A stretch of 63,272 nucleotides of DNA. Origin: Leidyana gryllorum EB-2025a. Lineage: Eukaryota; Protista; Apicomplexa. Below are positions 31,865-44,642 of this stretch, piece after piece. A program made the translations under genes and the position numbers. The stretch covers positions 1 to 63,272 of the forward strand of contig JBLWGC010000138.1 of the NCBI GenBank assembly GCA_048772705.1, written 5' to 3'. The notes below the pieces were generated by a model, which saw only the letters and a list, made by a program, of their open reading frames with translations, had not been told where the DNA came from and did not search any database. Within the stretch, counting starts at the first letter, position 1. The number at the start of each line of letters is the position of its first letter.

Positions 31865-32532
31865 GGAGCGTTCGCCACTTTACAGGTTTTCTGTCCGTGA
31901 AGTTCTCGAGAAGGAAGACTTTTAGGGTTGAAGACGCGGAAGACGCGGGTTCGATGCCCTGTTTTGGAGAGAGCCTGTTTCCTCGCTTTGGTGGGACTCA
32001 CTTCAAAGATTCGAGCTACAGCCACTTGGGATCGAACTCGGAACCTTCTGCGTGTTAAGCAGACGTCGTAACCACTAGACCATGACTGCACGAAAGCTTT
32101 GCGGGAACCAAGAGAAGTTGCGAAGTTTCAAGAAGTAGAACTAGTTGCGAGGTCGCGCCGGGAATCGAACCCAGCTCGGGAGATCCAAAGCCTCCAGTGC
32201 TAACCATTCACGACCAAGAATTAAAAGAGTGTATGAAGTCATTGGGATTGGAAATGAATGCGTCCAGAGCTGGTACCCACCCGATCGTTGGCGTGGCAGG
32301 CGGAAATATAACTTTGATACCATGTCGGAGGCACGCCCCAACCTCAGAGCCCAGATTTCCATTCTCTAGCTTCAACAGACAGGGAACGCTTGAAGTAGCG
32401 GGACAGGAACCGAGCTGATAAGATGGCTGAGGGGTCCAAGGCGCTGTGCTCAGACCGGAGTCCGAAAGGTCGTGGGTTCGAATCCCACTTTTGTCAGGTT
32501 GCGCCCCAAACGGGAAAAACATAGAGTCCGGT

Positions 32533-32604
32533 TGAGCCCAGAGTGATTCGAACACCCAACCTTCTGATCTGGAGTCAGACGCGCTACCGTTGCGCCATAG
32601 GCCC
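32533..32604 (-). tRNA. trnW: tRNA-Trp(CCA)
   Basis: Intact. Confidence 0.9.
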
Positions 32605-33232
32605 AAAACCATCCCCCGTTCCAGACTCATTTGGCGGCAATCGGCCCGCTTCTTAGGCGTGACATGCGAAAATAGTAACCACTATGCTATCTCGGACGCT
32701 CTGAACACGCCACGGACGTTCCATTCGTTCAGAAAACGGCCGTTACCGTGTACGAGCTTGAACAACAAGGTGTCACGCATCTGTGGTCTAGTGGTACAAT
32801 GTCTCGTTGCCATCGAGACGACCCGGGTTCGATTGCCCGCAGATGCAGATGACACATGGTTGCTTTTCCACCATTCAAAAATTCAAGAGTTGGTGTTTAA
32901 CCCTCCAACCACATCGCACGACAACTGCTGGATTTGAACCAGCTCGGGCCCGGCTCAGTAGATTTCTAGTCTACCCCCTTAACCAGTCGGGCAAGTTGCC
33001 GTTGTCGAACTTGGCATTTTGCGGCCAGTGGCTTCACATACGGTTCAGCAAGCTTTACTAGGACTGCTCGCGCCGCCCGAACCCGCGGTTCTCCCTTCAA
33101 AAGTCTTGTGCTCTACCGACGGAGTTGGGGCGGCAAGAAAGCTCGGACTTGGTAACAAATTCCAGTCGTATTGATGGTGGAATCTTTCCGAGACGGTTCG
33201 GCTCTCGGCCGAAGCCTAAACTCGAGCACTTG

Positions 33233-33305
33233 TCCACCGTAGTCTAAGTGGCTAGGATATGCGGCTTTCACCCGCACGATCCGGGTTCAAGTCCCGGTAG
33301 TGGAA
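33233..33305 (+). tRNA. trnE: tRNA-Glu(TTC)
   Basis: Mirror of 19130-19202. Confidence 0.8.
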
Positions 33306-33381
33306 GTCATTAGAGTACTCGATCAAAGTGCTCTGATAACTTGCGTAAATAGGGACTGATGCGTGATTCCCGGCTTGCATT

Positions 33382-33453
33382 GCCTTCTTAGCTTAGGGGC
33401 AGAGCATTCGTTTAGTAAGCGAAAGGTCGCCGGTTCGATTCCGGCAGAAGGCT
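33382..33453 (+). tRNA. trnT: tRNA-Thr(AGT)
   Basis: Near-intact. Confidence 0.85.
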
Positions 33454-33500
33454 TGCTCACGAGCCAATCTATCCTACAACTGTTCTCTTCTGCCCACACT

Positions 33501-33572
33501 TAGCAGTGCGTCGTTTCGATCGACGGATCTTTGGGTTATGAGCCCAACACTCTTCCACTGAGCTACACTGCT
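33501..33572 (-). tRNA. trnM: initiator tRNA-Met(CAT)
   Basis: Mirror of 18855-18926. Confidence 0.88.
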
Positions 33573-33896
33573 TAGTCTGCAACATGTCAGAGGTAGCCGA
33601 AATGCGATTCTCGAGAGGTTAGTTGCGCTGACTGCCCTACCGAAGTGGGCTAACCAGTTGGCTGTTTTGGTTCTGGGGCAACTTGTCCGATCGGGTCAAC
33701 CGACGACCAAGAGGGCTGTGCTGGGAATCGAACCAGGACTCCACCCTGAGGAGGGGTCACAGCACTAGACCAAACAGCCCGTCGGACATAATATGTGAAG
33801 AACCACTAATTGCTATGGGGTCTGCACAGCGGGCGACTAGCTGGAATGATATAGCACAGCCACGACCGAATGGAGTTGATGCCCGATCACATAACA

Positions 33897-33978
33897 CGAC
33901 AACTGCTGGATTCGAACCAGCGCGGGCCAGGCCCAGTAGATTTCTAGTCTACCCCCTTAACCACTCGGGCAAGTTGCC
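33897..33978 (-). tRNA. trnS: tRNA-Ser(AGA)
   Basis: Intact. Confidence 0.9.
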
Positions 33979-34195
33979 ACCTGTCGAATTCGACATGTCG
34001 CGGAAGTGACCAAATACCCCCATGTTCAGCCTGCCCTGCGGCATTGATAGATGTCTAAACTGACCTCTCGCGTGCAAAGTCACCGCTCTACCACTTGAGA
34101 TAGCCGCCCACCCGCCAAACCTAGGTGAACTTCCAATCTGAGACCGAGTCACACTTCTCTGGCGCCTCATTCGTCAGTGCAACTGTTGTGACTCG

Positions 34196-34268
34196 TCCAC
34201 TGTAGTCTAAGTGGCTAGGATATGCGGCTCTCACCCGCACGATCCGGGTTCAAGTCCCGGCAGTGGAA
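34196..34268 (+). tRNA. trnE: tRNA-Glu(CTC)
   Basis: Intact. Confidence 0.9.
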
Positions 34269-34863
34269 ATCCAGCTGAGTGTGCTTGTAGGCAACAGTTC
34301 CATTCTTACTCCCATGGAAATAGATCCACACCGCCCGCGGGGCTCGAACCCGCGACTGAATGATTAAGAGTCTTGCGCTCTACCGACTGAGCTAGGGCGG
34401 CAGGAATGCAAGGACACAAAGCCCGATAGCCTGACATTTGAAGTGGCTCCGCTCCCACAGCTGGTACCCACAGGTCGTTCGCGTGGCAGGCGGGACTACT
34501 CTTTGATACCATGTCGGAGGCGCGTGACCCCCAACGTTAGAGCCCAGCCTTTCCATTCTCTAGCTTCAAACAGACAGGGAACGCTTGAAGTGGCGGGACA
34601 GAAACCGAGCTGGTAAGATGGCTGAGGGGTCTAAGGCGCTGTTTTTAAGTCGCACTCCGAGAGGACGTGGGTCCAAATCCCACTCTTTTCAGGTAGCGCC
34701 TCACACGGGAAAAACAAATAGTCTGATTGAGCCCAGAGTGATTCGAAAACCCAACCTTCTGATCTGGAGTCAGACGCGCTACGTTCCGCCATAGCAAAAT
34801 CATCCCCCGCTCCAGACTCATTGCCTTGTGGTCCAACATCTCCGATCGTTCCAAACCATCTTT

Positions 34864-34935
34864 AGGGCACGCGCGGAGTTGAACCACGGACTTGCTGATC
34901 TGCAGTCAGCTGCTCTACCACTGAGCTACGTACCC
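34864..34935 (-). tRNA. trnC: tRNA-Cys(GCA)
   Basis: Intact. Confidence 0.9.
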
Positions 34936-35972
34936 ACAAAATACCCGTCATACTCGCTCAACTCGTTTTTTTTCTCATTTGAAGCAAAACGGCCGTTATT
35001 GTGCACGAGCTTGAACAACAACGAGTGATGCATCTGTGGTCTAGTGGTAGAATGTCTCGTTGCCATCGAGACGACCCGCGTTCGATTCCCGCTAGATGCA
35101 GAGGACATAGACATACATGATTTAGTGCCAATCAGACACTGGGGGACAGCTGTAGCACTCGCAGGGACATATGTGACGGCGCAGCGCCGAATGGGCGTGG
35201 ATCCAAATCCCATCCTTGTCAGGATAGAACTTGGGATTTTCTTTCCTGCGTGTGAAGCAGACGTCGTAAGCAGTAGACCATGGCTGTACGGAGCTTCCGG
35301 GCCGTGAACGGGGCGTATGTCTTTCGAAACACGTATCCGATGAGCCTCACAGAAGTTGGACGGCCTGGAGTAGCTCATTTAGAGAGCATCTAACGCTCCT
35401 GTTACATTTCATCCTGATTGATGCCCCACTGCCTTGATAGCTACTTGCAGATTGTCCGAGTCGTCTAGTGGTTGGGACAGCAAGTTGTGGCCGTGCGAAG
35501 CCAGGCTCGATTCCTGGCTGAGGCACCCACAGGGGGCTGTTTGGTCTAGTTACATGATTCTTTCTTCGGCTGGAAGAAGTCCTGGGTTCAATGCCACGTC
35601 TCTCCAAGGTCGGCTACTATACGCGGCTCCCACTCGTACAATCCCGAATGAAGTCCAGACCAGCTGAGACAAAATCTGAGTTGCAGCAGTTTTGAGGGGC
35701 TGGAACTGCTCGGACCGGGAATCGAACCCCGGTCTTCCGAGTGACAGGCGGAAATACTAACCACTATACTATCTCAAATGCTCTGAACACGCCGGCCTCC
35801 AACCCCAAAAGTTCTTCCATTATGAGATTCCAAGCACAGAAAACGCGTGGAGCGGCGAGCCAACAACATCCCGGCAAGATGGTCGATTTGTCTAAGGCGC
35901 TGTGCTCAGACCGCAGTGCGACAGGGCGAGGATCTGGGGTTGAGCCTTTCGAACCCCGGAGCAGTTGGACGG

Positions 35973-36052
35973 CCGGGGGTAGCTCAGTTGGTAGAGCATC
36001 TGACTGTAGTGCTGGCATCAGATAGTCGGCGGTTCGATTCCGTCCCACCGGA
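35973..36052 (+). tRNA. trnY: tRNA-Tyr(GTA) with 7-nt intron (36010-36016)
   Basis: 80 nt, consensus copy. Confidence 0.88.
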
Positions 36053-36277
36053 AGTAGCAATGTGGTTTCGGCAGACAGCGTTGATAGGCCAAGTAGACTA
36101 CTCCGGCGAACATTCCATCGATGTAACTCGGATGGGCTGGGAATCGATCCCAGTACCTTTCGTATAGTAAGCCACCGTTTCGTCCTCTGGGTTAGCCTAC
36201 CTCGTGGCATTGAGTGATACTTCACGTAGTGAGACGAGTCTCTCGACTTTGCCCAGCTGGTTGAACCACCGGCTAGC

Positions 36278-36349
36278 GGCTGTTTGGTCTAGTGGTATGA
36301 TTCTTCCTTCGGGTGGAAGAAGTTCTGGGTTCGATTCCCAGAACAGCCC
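36278..36349 (+). tRNA. trnP: tRNA-Pro(CGG)
   Basis: Near-intact. Confidence 0.88.
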
Positions 36350-36667
36350 TATTGGTCGTCAGTGGATCCGACGGGACAAGTTGCCCCCAGAACCAACACA
36401 GCCACCTCGTTGGCCAGGCCCAGTAGATTTCTAGTCTACCCCCTTGAACACTCGGGCAAGTTGCCACCTGTCGAACTCGGCATTTAGCGGCCAGTGGCTT
36501 CACATACGGTTCAGCAAGCTTGACTCGGACTGCTGGCGCTGCCCGAACCCGCGGTCTCTCCATTGAAAGTCTGGCGCTCTACCGACGGAGCTGGCGCGGC
36601 AGGGAAGCTTGGACTTGGTAAAAAGTTCCTTTCGTATTGGCAACTCTTTATCAAAGATCCACTCACT

Positions 36668-36741
36668 TGGTCACGCCCGGGCTCAAACCGGGGACCTTGA
36701 GCTTATTAGGCTCACGCTCCAACCGACTGAGCCACGCGACC
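36668..36741 (-). tRNA. trnI: tRNA-Ile(AAT), few substitutions
   Basis: Loop CTAATAA. Confidence 0.8.
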
Positions 36742-36862
36742 ACTTCTGCGACGACAGATGGCACTTATTCACTTACTTGATGCCTCTGCGTCGCCACTGC
36801 AATCTCTAGCATGTATTGCTGGTGTTTTGAGCCCAGCCGCCTACTACGATGATCGCAGCACA

Positions 36863-36944
36863 CGACAACTGCTGGATTTGAACCAGCGCGGGCCAGGCCC
36901 AGTAGATTTCTAGTCTACCCCCTTAACCACTCGGGCAAGTTGCC
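36863..36944 (-). tRNA. trnS: tRNA-Ser(AGA)
   Basis: Intact. Confidence 0.9.
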
Positions 36945-37278
36945 GCTGTTGAACTTGGCATTTTGCGGCCAGTGGCTTCACATACGGTTCAGCGAGCTTT
37001 ACTAGGACTCCTCGCGCTGTCCGAACCCGCGGTCTCTCCATTGAAAGTCTTGCGCTCTACGGACTGAGCTAGGGCGGCAAACGAAGCTCTAGACTTAGTT
37101 ACACCCTATTTGCCGTTGGGCGGAGCAGTGGAAGTCATTGGACCGGTGGAACAATGTGCTTCAGTAACTTCCGTTAACATTGCCTTCTTAGCTTGTGGCA
37201 GAGCATCCGCTTAGTAAGCGAAAGGTCGCCGGTTCGATTCGGGCGGAAGGCTTACAACTGTTCCCTTCTGCGCACACT

Positions 37279-37349
37279 TAGCAGTGCGTCGTTTCGATCG
37301 ACGGACCTTTGGGTTATGAGCCCAACACTCTTCACTGAGCTACACTGCT
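37279..37349 (-). tRNA. trnM: initiator tRNA-Met(CAT), 1-nt D-loop deletion
   Basis: iMet consensus. Confidence 0.8.
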
Positions 37350-38090
37350 TAGTTTGCAACATGGAAGAGGGAGCCGAAATGCGATTTTTGAGAGGTTAGT
37401 TGCGCTGACTGCCCTACCGAAGTGGGCTAACGAGGTGGCTGTGTTGATTCAGAGGGGACCTCGTTCCGTCGGGTCAACCGACGACCAAGAGGGCTGTTCT
37501 GGGAATCGAACTCAGGACTCTCTCCACCCTAAGGAAGGATTATACCACTAGACCAAACAGCCGCCTAGCCGGGGGTTCAACCCGCTGGGTACAGTCGAGA
37601 GACTCGTCTCACTATGTGAAGTCTTACTCAATTCCATGAGGTGGGCACAAAGGGAGGCTGGCCCAGATGATGAGACGGTGGCTTAGTATACGAAAGGTTC
37701 TGGGATCCATTCCCAGCCCATCCAAGCTACATAGATGGAACCCTCGCCGGAGTAGTCTAGTTGGCCTATCAACGCTGTCCATCAGGTTGAGTAGTAGTTT
37801 GCCGATCACCCCTCTACTTCCGGTGGGACGGAATCGAACCGCCGACTATCTGATGCCAGCACTACAGTCGGATGCTCGACCAACTGAGCTACCCCGGCCG
37901 TCCAACTGCGCCGGGGTTCGGAAGGCTCAATCCCAGATCCTCGCCCTTTCGGACTCCGGTCTGAGCACAGCGCCTCATACCACTCGGTCATCTTGCCGGG
38001 ATGTTGTTGGCTCGCCGCTTCACGCGTTTTCTATCCCTGGAATCTCAAGATGAAGGACTTTTGGGGTTTCAGGCCGGTGTGTTCGGAGCG

Positions 38091-38162
38091 TCCGAGATAG
38101 TATAGTGGTTAGTATTTCCGCCTGTCACGCGGAAGACCCGGGTTCGATTCCCGGTCTCGGAG
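38091..38162 (+). tRNA. trnD: tRNA-Asp(GTC)
   Basis: Copy of 20107. Confidence 0.9.
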
Positions 38163-38217
38163 CACAGTTGATCTCGCTTAAGATTGTCTTTTTTGGTGCC
38201 CGCTGAAAGTTGCAAGC

Positions 38218-38290
38218 TACAGCCACCGAGGATCGAACTCGGGACCTTCTGCGTGTTAAGCAGACGTCGTAACCACTAGACCATGGCTGC
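38218..38290 (-). tRNA. trnV: tRNA-Val(AAC)
   Basis: Copy of 20234. Confidence 0.9.
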
Positions 38291-38580
38291 ATGGATGGTC
38301 CCCGCAGCCCAAGAGAAGTGGCGAAGCTTCAGGGAGTAGTGAGGACCAGTTCAAGGGTCGCGCCGGGATCGAACCCAGGTCGGAAAATCCAAAGTGTCGA
38401 GTGCTAACCACCAAGGACGCAACCGTTTCAGCCCATCCCAGAAGAGTCGGACTAGCGCTTCCTCAACTGGACACATGCAACACGGGTCTTGTATACAGAC
38501 CCCAGCGTAAAGAGTTGGATTCGAATCGGGCAAAAACCTCAGTTCAATCATCAACCAGTTGCGCTCTCCCCGAATGCTAC

Positions 38581-38662
38581 CGACAAGGGTGAGATTCGAA
38601 CTCACGCGGGTGGAACCCAACGGCTTAGTAGGCCGCCGCCTTAACCACTCGGCCACCTTGCC
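38581..38662 (-). tRNA. trnS: tRNA-Ser with ACT anticodon (variant of GCT)
   Basis: Anticodon change relative to 20598-20679. Confidence 0.8.
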
Positions 38663-38771
38663 GACGACATCTCTTACTCGCTGGCACTTTTTCACAACGG
38701 TTTGGGGTCCTAGTCAAGCTTGCCGAACCGTATGTGACATCACTGGCCGCAAAATGCCGAGTTCGACAGGT

Positions 38772-38853
38772 GGCAACTTGCCCGAGTGGTTAAGGGGGTA
38801 GACTCGAAATCTACTGGGCCTGGCCCGCGCTGGTTCAAATCCAGCAGTTGTCG
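38772..38853 (+). tRNA. trnS: tRNA-Ser(CGA)
   Basis: Copy of 20789. Confidence 0.9.
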
Positions 38854-38917
38854 TGCGATGTGGTGGAAATGATGCAATTCCCAGCATCAAAAACTCATAT
38901 GGGTCGAGACAGGGAAT

Positions 38918-38989
38918 GCCTCCTTAGCTTAGGGGCAGAGCATTCGCTTTGTAAGCGAAAGGTCGCTGGTTCGATTCCGGCAGGAGGCT
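38918..38989 (+). tRNA. trnT: tRNA-Thr(TGT)
   Basis: Copy of 20935. Confidence 0.9.
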
Positions 38990-39573
38990 TCAGTCATTAG
39001 CCTAAACATGGTTGCGATCATCCGCCCGCATTTTCGGACGGCGGCTTGCACACAGCACTCGGCCATCTTGCCGAAGTGTTACCCGTTTCCTGTGCGTGAA
39101 ATTCAAAATGCGAGGAGTTCTGGGGTTGGAGGCCGGCGTGTTTACTAGCGTCCGAGATAGTATAGTGATTAGTATTTCCGCCTGTCACGCGGGAGACCCG
39201 GGTTCGATTCCCGGTCTCGGAGCAGTTCCAGCCCCTCACAACTGCTGCAACTCAGATTTTGTCTCAGCTGGTCTGGACTTCATCCGGCATTGTAAGAGTG
39301 GGAGCCGCGTATAGAAGCCCACCTTGGAGAGACGTGGCATTGAGTCAACAACTATCAAACGGGCTGTTCTGGGAATCGAACCCAGGACTTCTTCCACCAA
39401 TGGAAGAATATATAACTGGACCAAACAGAGCGCTGTGGGTGCGTCAGGTACTGGCAGGTTCCAAACCTGCGACTTCGTGGCTAAGAGACTTACACTCTGA
39501 TGGCTGAGCTACGAGGCTCAGCTACGATGATTGGAGTTGCGATAAGCTTGCAGGTGCCCATTCGATGCAGTCG

Positions 39574-39645
39574 AGCCTTCTGCCGGAATCGAACCGGCGA
39601 CCTTTCGCTTACTAAGCGAATGCTCTGCCCCTAAGCTAAGAAGGC
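39574..39645 (-). tRNA. trnT: tRNA-Thr(AGT)
   Basis: Copy of 21591. Confidence 0.9.
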
Positions 39646-39721
39646 AATGCAAGCCAAAGATCACGAATCAGTCACTATTAACGGGGATTACTGAGGCACT
39701 TTGCTCGAATGGTCCAATGAC

Positions 39722-39794
39722 TTCCACTGCCGGGACTTGAACCCGGATCGTGCGGGTGAGAGCCGCATATCCTAGCCACTTAGACTACAGTGGA
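39722..39794 (-). tRNA. trnE: tRNA-Glu(CTC)
   Basis: Copy of 21739. Confidence 0.9.
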
Positions 39795-40033
39795 CAACTT
39801 CCTCAGCTGCAGCTTTAGCCGAGAGCCGTACCCTCTTGATCTGAGATAGAGCGTCGGGTCAACCGACAACCAACGGGCTGTTCTGGGAATCGAACCCAGG
39901 ACTTCTTCCACCCGAAAGAAGAATTATACCACTAGACCAAACAGCCGCCTGTCGGTCGTGCAACGCTGTGAGCACAGTCGCGAGAGTGGTCATAATATTT
40001 GAGAACCAACACATGCGATGGGGTCTGCGCAAC

Positions 40034-40106
40034 GGGCGACTAGCTCAAATGGTAGAGCGCTCGCTTAGCATGCGAGAGGTACTGGGATCGATGCCCAGGT
40101 CGTCCA
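40034..40106 (+). tRNA. trnA: tRNA-Ala(AGC)
   Basis: Copy of 22051. Confidence 0.9.
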
Positions 40107-40384
40107 AACTTCGTACGGCTGCACCTGCCGCTATTTATTTCCCGAGCTGAGATAATTGTGCCCTGTAACGATTGGACAGACCTGGGCATCGCAGTATGTG
40201 TGAAGGTTGCCTCAGAGCCCGGATTTCCGAGTTTGTATGTTACAATGACACACTCTGCCGACTAAGATACAAGAGTCAGTTACATTATTTCAAAGGTCAG
40301 TAGAGAGATGTGTGTTGCATGTGCCCAGTTGAGGAGGGCTAGTCCGGATGGCTCTATCAACTCTTTTTTGGGAAGGACTGGATC

Positions 40385-40456
40385 GGTTACTTGGTGTAGT
40401 GGTTAGCACTGGAGACTCTAAATCTCGCGACCTAGCTTCGATTCCCGGCGCGACCT
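40385..40456 (+). pseudogene. tRNA-Gln body with CTA anticodon, degenerate
   Basis: Copy of 22402. Confidence 0.7.
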
Positions 40457-42145
40457 CGAAACTGGTCTCCACTTATTCGTGAAACCTCGCCACTTCTCTT
40501 GGTCTGCGGGACCTTCGCTGCAGCCATGGTCTAGTGGTCACGACGTCTGCTTAACACGCAGATAGTCCCGAGTTCGATCCTCGGTGGCTGTAAGCCGCAT
40601 TTTTCAGGTGAGCACCACGAAATGTCTCCGAGACCGGGAATCGTACCCGCGTCTTCCGAGTGACAGGCGGAAATACTAAGCACTATAGTATCTCGGACGC
40701 TCGTGGATACGCTGGCCTTCAACCCCAAAAGTCCTCCCTTCTCGAGACATCACGAACAGAAAACGTGTAAAGTGGCGAGCCAAGAGCACTCCGGCGAGAT
40801 GGCCGAGTGGTCTAGGGCGCTGTGCTACGGCCGCAGTTCGAAAGGCCGTGGGTTCGAATCCCACTCTTGTCAGCCGTTGTATTGTATTGGCACTCAGTCC
40901 TCACTTCCACTGGTATACAGGTCGTTCGACCTACATACAGCTGCAGCTGCCGGGACTCGAACCCGGGTTACGACCTTGGAAGGGTCGCATCGTACCCTTA
41001 GACCACAAGTGCAATTGCGAAAGAGATGCAGCACCCCGAGAGACTCGGGCGATTTCTGCGTCGAGCTCTCTGCAACCTACTCAAAAACGGACTTCTCGGG
41101 AATCGATTCGAGCACTCCCACAAGCGAAAGAAAATCATATCACTAGCACTTCAACTCGACATGAGCGGCAGTGGCTCCCCAAACTGCTAGCAAGCTTGCC
41201 TCGGTCGAAACGGAATGTCTTCCGAGTGAGAGGCTATGATGCGGATGGAACTCGAGCCCACAACTCCCAGTTCCGAAGACCGATGCCCTATCCATTAGGC
41301 CACCGCACCATGGATAGGCTTGGGTCATCTCGATACTGGTTGGGTGAAACAGGAGACACTTCGGGGCAGCCCGGTTTCGTCCCACTCAAAAGTCGGGTGC
41401 GTCCCGAATGCGGTTGTGGTGCAATGGATAGCGCGTTGCCCTCCTAAGTCAAAGGTTGAGGGTTCGAGTCCCTCCAGCCGTTTCCTGCGTGCCTTCGTTT
41501 GTGCAAAGTGGAGCACAAACTGGTGAAAATGATCGATGCAGTTGTGAGATTGGTCATACCATGTAAAAAGAACTGGATGTACTGGGGTTTGCTGAATGGG
41601 CGACTAGCTCAAATGGTAGAGCGCTCGCTTAGCATGCGAGAGGTACTGGGATCGATGCCCAGGTCGTCCAAAGCGCGTACGGGTGCACCCACCGTATTTA
41701 AATACTCAGAGTTACGACCTTTGAAGGGTCCAAGACCATAAGTGCCGTGGAGAGAGTAAAGCGCCGTAAGACCCGGATCTCACAGGTTTCGAACCCGCGA
41801 CTTTGTGGCTGACAGCCACATGCTCTCCCAACTGAGCTGCAAGACCCACTTACAATCTTAGCGGTTAAGGCGGCGGCCTGCTAAGCCGTTGGGTTTTACC
41901 CGCGTGAATTCGAATCTCACCCTTGTCGGTAGCATTCGCGGAGAGCGCAATTGCTTCAATGATTGAAGTGAGCTTTTTGTCCGACTCAAATCCAACGCTC
42001 TACGCTGGGCGCTATATACAGGAGCCAATTAAATTTTCCAGACGTCAGTAGAGAGACCCGTGTTGCGTGTGTCCAGTTGAGGAAGCGCTAGTCCGGATAA
42101 TTCTACCGACTCAATTCTACCGACTCTTCTGGGATAGGCTGAATC

Positions 42146-42217
42146 GGTTGCGTGGTGTAGTGGTTAGCACTGGAGACTCTGAATCTCCCGACCTGGGTTC
42201 GATTCCCGGCGCGACCT
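42146..42217 (+). tRNA. trnQ: tRNA-Gln(CTG)
   Basis: Copy of 24252. Confidence 0.9.
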
Positions 42218-42813
42218 TGGAACTGTCCTCACTGCTCCGTGAAACTTCGCCACTCCTCATGCAGCCACGGTCTAGTGGTTACGACGTCTGCTTAACACGC
42301 AGAAAGTCCGAGGTGAATCCTCGGTGGCTGTAGCTCCCACGGTGTAGTGGTTACGACGTCTGCTGAACACGCAGAATCCGAGGTGAATCCTCGGTGGTGT
42401 ACCTCCTAACTTTCAGCGAGAACCAGGGGAGACAATCTTAAGCGAAACCACCTGTGCTCCGAGACCGGGAATCGAACCCGGGTCTTCCGCATGACAGGCG
42501 GAAATACTAACCGCTTTACTATCTCGGACGCTCGTGAATACCCCGGCCTCCAACCCCGGAAGACCTTCCATTTTGAGATTCCAAGTACAGGAAACGCGTG
42601 GAAGGGCGAGCCAACAACATTCCGGAAGGGTGGCCTAGTGGTCTCAAACGCTGTGTTCAGGCCGCAGTCCGAAGGGGCGTGGGTTCGAATCCCACTCTTG
42701 TCAGCCGTTGTAGTCAGGACAACCTGCGACTGGATCCCAGCACTGCCCGCCGTGCACGTAGCATCCGGCTAACTTTCGTCGATACAACTGACACATGATT
42801 CTCCAGCTAAGTT

Positions 42814-42885
42814 GCCTTCTTAGCTTAGGGGCAGAGCGTTCGCTTCGTAAGCGAGAAGTCGCCGGTTCGATTCCGGCAGAAGGCT
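42814..42885 (+). tRNA. trnT: tRNA-Thr(CGT)
   Basis: Copy of 24920. Confidence 0.88.
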
Positions 42886-43066
42886 TTGATGCATCGATAG
42901 GCTTATAAGGAATGGCTGTCACCACGTACAAGATTCACAAGATCGTGTTCTGCATCTGTGGTCTAGTGCAAGAGTCGCTCGCTGCCATCGAGATAACCCG
43001 TGTGGGATTCCCGACGGATGGAAAATGATAGCATGATGAGTTTGTCGGCGGTTCCGATTCCGACCG

Positions 43067-43139
43067 TGGGAGTGGAGAGGATTGAACTCTCGACTTCAGG
43101 ATTATGAGACCTACGCGCTACCGACTGCGCTACACTCCC
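43067..43139 (-). tRNA. trnM: tRNA-Met(CAT)
   Basis: Copy of 25173. Confidence 0.9.
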
Positions 43140-43970
43140 TACCGAAACTTCTCTCGATGCATCTCCTCCTGTCAAAAGGGTGCACGTGATGCTGTATCCA
43201 CAACACACCCGCCTGGTCGGGGCGGGGCTCAACCGCAAACTTGGACTTGTTGGGCTCACCATTTAACTGACCGAAAATACGCAGAGTTGAGGTAAACAAT
43301 CACTGGACCAAGTAGTCGACTGATGTGCTCAGCAAAGCACCTGATTGGCCTCGTCCGCCCGGCCGAACAGTTATTTCAGAGCCTAATACTGACATGGAGT
43401 AGGGGTTGTTCCCACACCACTGACAATTCGCATGAGAGTCCCGAGGCAACGTGTGATCCGTTGCACTCTCGGCAAGGTGGCACAGTGTTTGAGGCGGCGG
43501 CTTGCTAAGCCGTTGGGTTTCACCCACGTGAGTTCAAATCTCACCATTGTCCGTGGCACTCGGGGAGAGCGCAACTGCTTCAATGATTGAACTGAGGTTT
43601 TTGCCCGACTCGAATCCAACTCTTTACGCTGGGGTCTGTATACAAGACCCGTGTTGCATGTGTCCAGTTGAGGAAGCGCTAGTCCGACTCTTCTGGGATG
43701 GGCTGAACCGGTTGCGTCCTTGGTGGTTAGCACTCGACACTTTGGATTTTCCGACCTGGGTTCGATCCCGGCGCGACCCTTGAACTGGTCCTCACTACCC
43801 CCTGAAGCTTCGCCACTTCTCTTGGGCTGCGGGGACCATCCATGGAGCCATGGTCTAGTGGTTACGACGTCTGCTTAACACGCAGAAGGTCCCGAGTTCG
43901 ATCCTCGGTGGCTGTAGCTCGCAACTTTCAGCGGCACCAAAAAAGACAATCTTAAGCGAGATCAACTGTG

Positions 43971-44042
43971 CTCCGAGACCGGGAATCGAACCCGGGTCTT
44001 CCGCGTGACAGGCGGAAATACTAACCACTATACTATCTCGGA
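43971..44042 (-). tRNA. trnD: tRNA-Asp(GTC)
   Basis: Copy of 26077. Confidence 0.9.
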
Positions 44043-44496
44043 CGCTCCGAACACACCGGCGTGAAACCCCAAACATCCTTCCAACTTGAGATTCCAGGGA
44101 TAGAAAACGCGTGGAGCGGCGAGCCAACAACATCCCGGCAAGATGACCGAGTGGTCTGAGGCGCTGTGCTCAGACCGGAGACCGAAAGGTCGTGGGTTCG
44201 AATCCCACTTTTGTCAGGTTGCGCCCCAAACGGGAAAAACATAGAGTCCGGTTGAGCCCAGAGTGATTCGAACACCCAACCTTCTGATCTGTAGTCAGAC
44301 GCGCTACCGTTGTGCCATAGGCCCAAAACCATCCCCCGTTCCAGACTCATTTACCGGCAATCGGCCCGCTTCTTAGGCGTGACATGCGAAAATAGTAACG
44401 ACTATGCTATCTCGGACACTCTGAACACGCCACGGACATTCCATTCGTTCAGAAAACGGCCGTTACCGTGTACGAGCTTCAACAACAAGGTGTCAC

Positions 44497-44567
44497 GCAT
44501 CTGTGGTCTAGTGGTAGAATGTCTCGTTGCCATTGAGACGACCCGGGTTCGATTCCCGGCAGATGCA
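44497..44567 (+). tRNA. trnG: tRNA-Gly(GCC)
   Basis: Copy of 26603. Confidence 0.88.
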
Positions 44568-44642
44568 GATGACACATGGTTGCTTTTCCACCATTCAGAA
44601 ATTCAAGCGTGAGTTGGTGTTTGACCCTCCGATCACATCGCA

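Larger units (their letters stand above)
19961..32447 (+). repeat. Copy 1 of ~12.4-kb direct segmental duplication (copy 2: 37945-50341)
   Basis: Near identity at offsets 17983-17984, then 17894. Confidence 0.92.
32439..34722 (-). repeat. Right arm of ~2.3-kb inverted repeat (partner 17705-19991)
   Basis: Reverse complement of the left arm. Confidence 0.9.
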
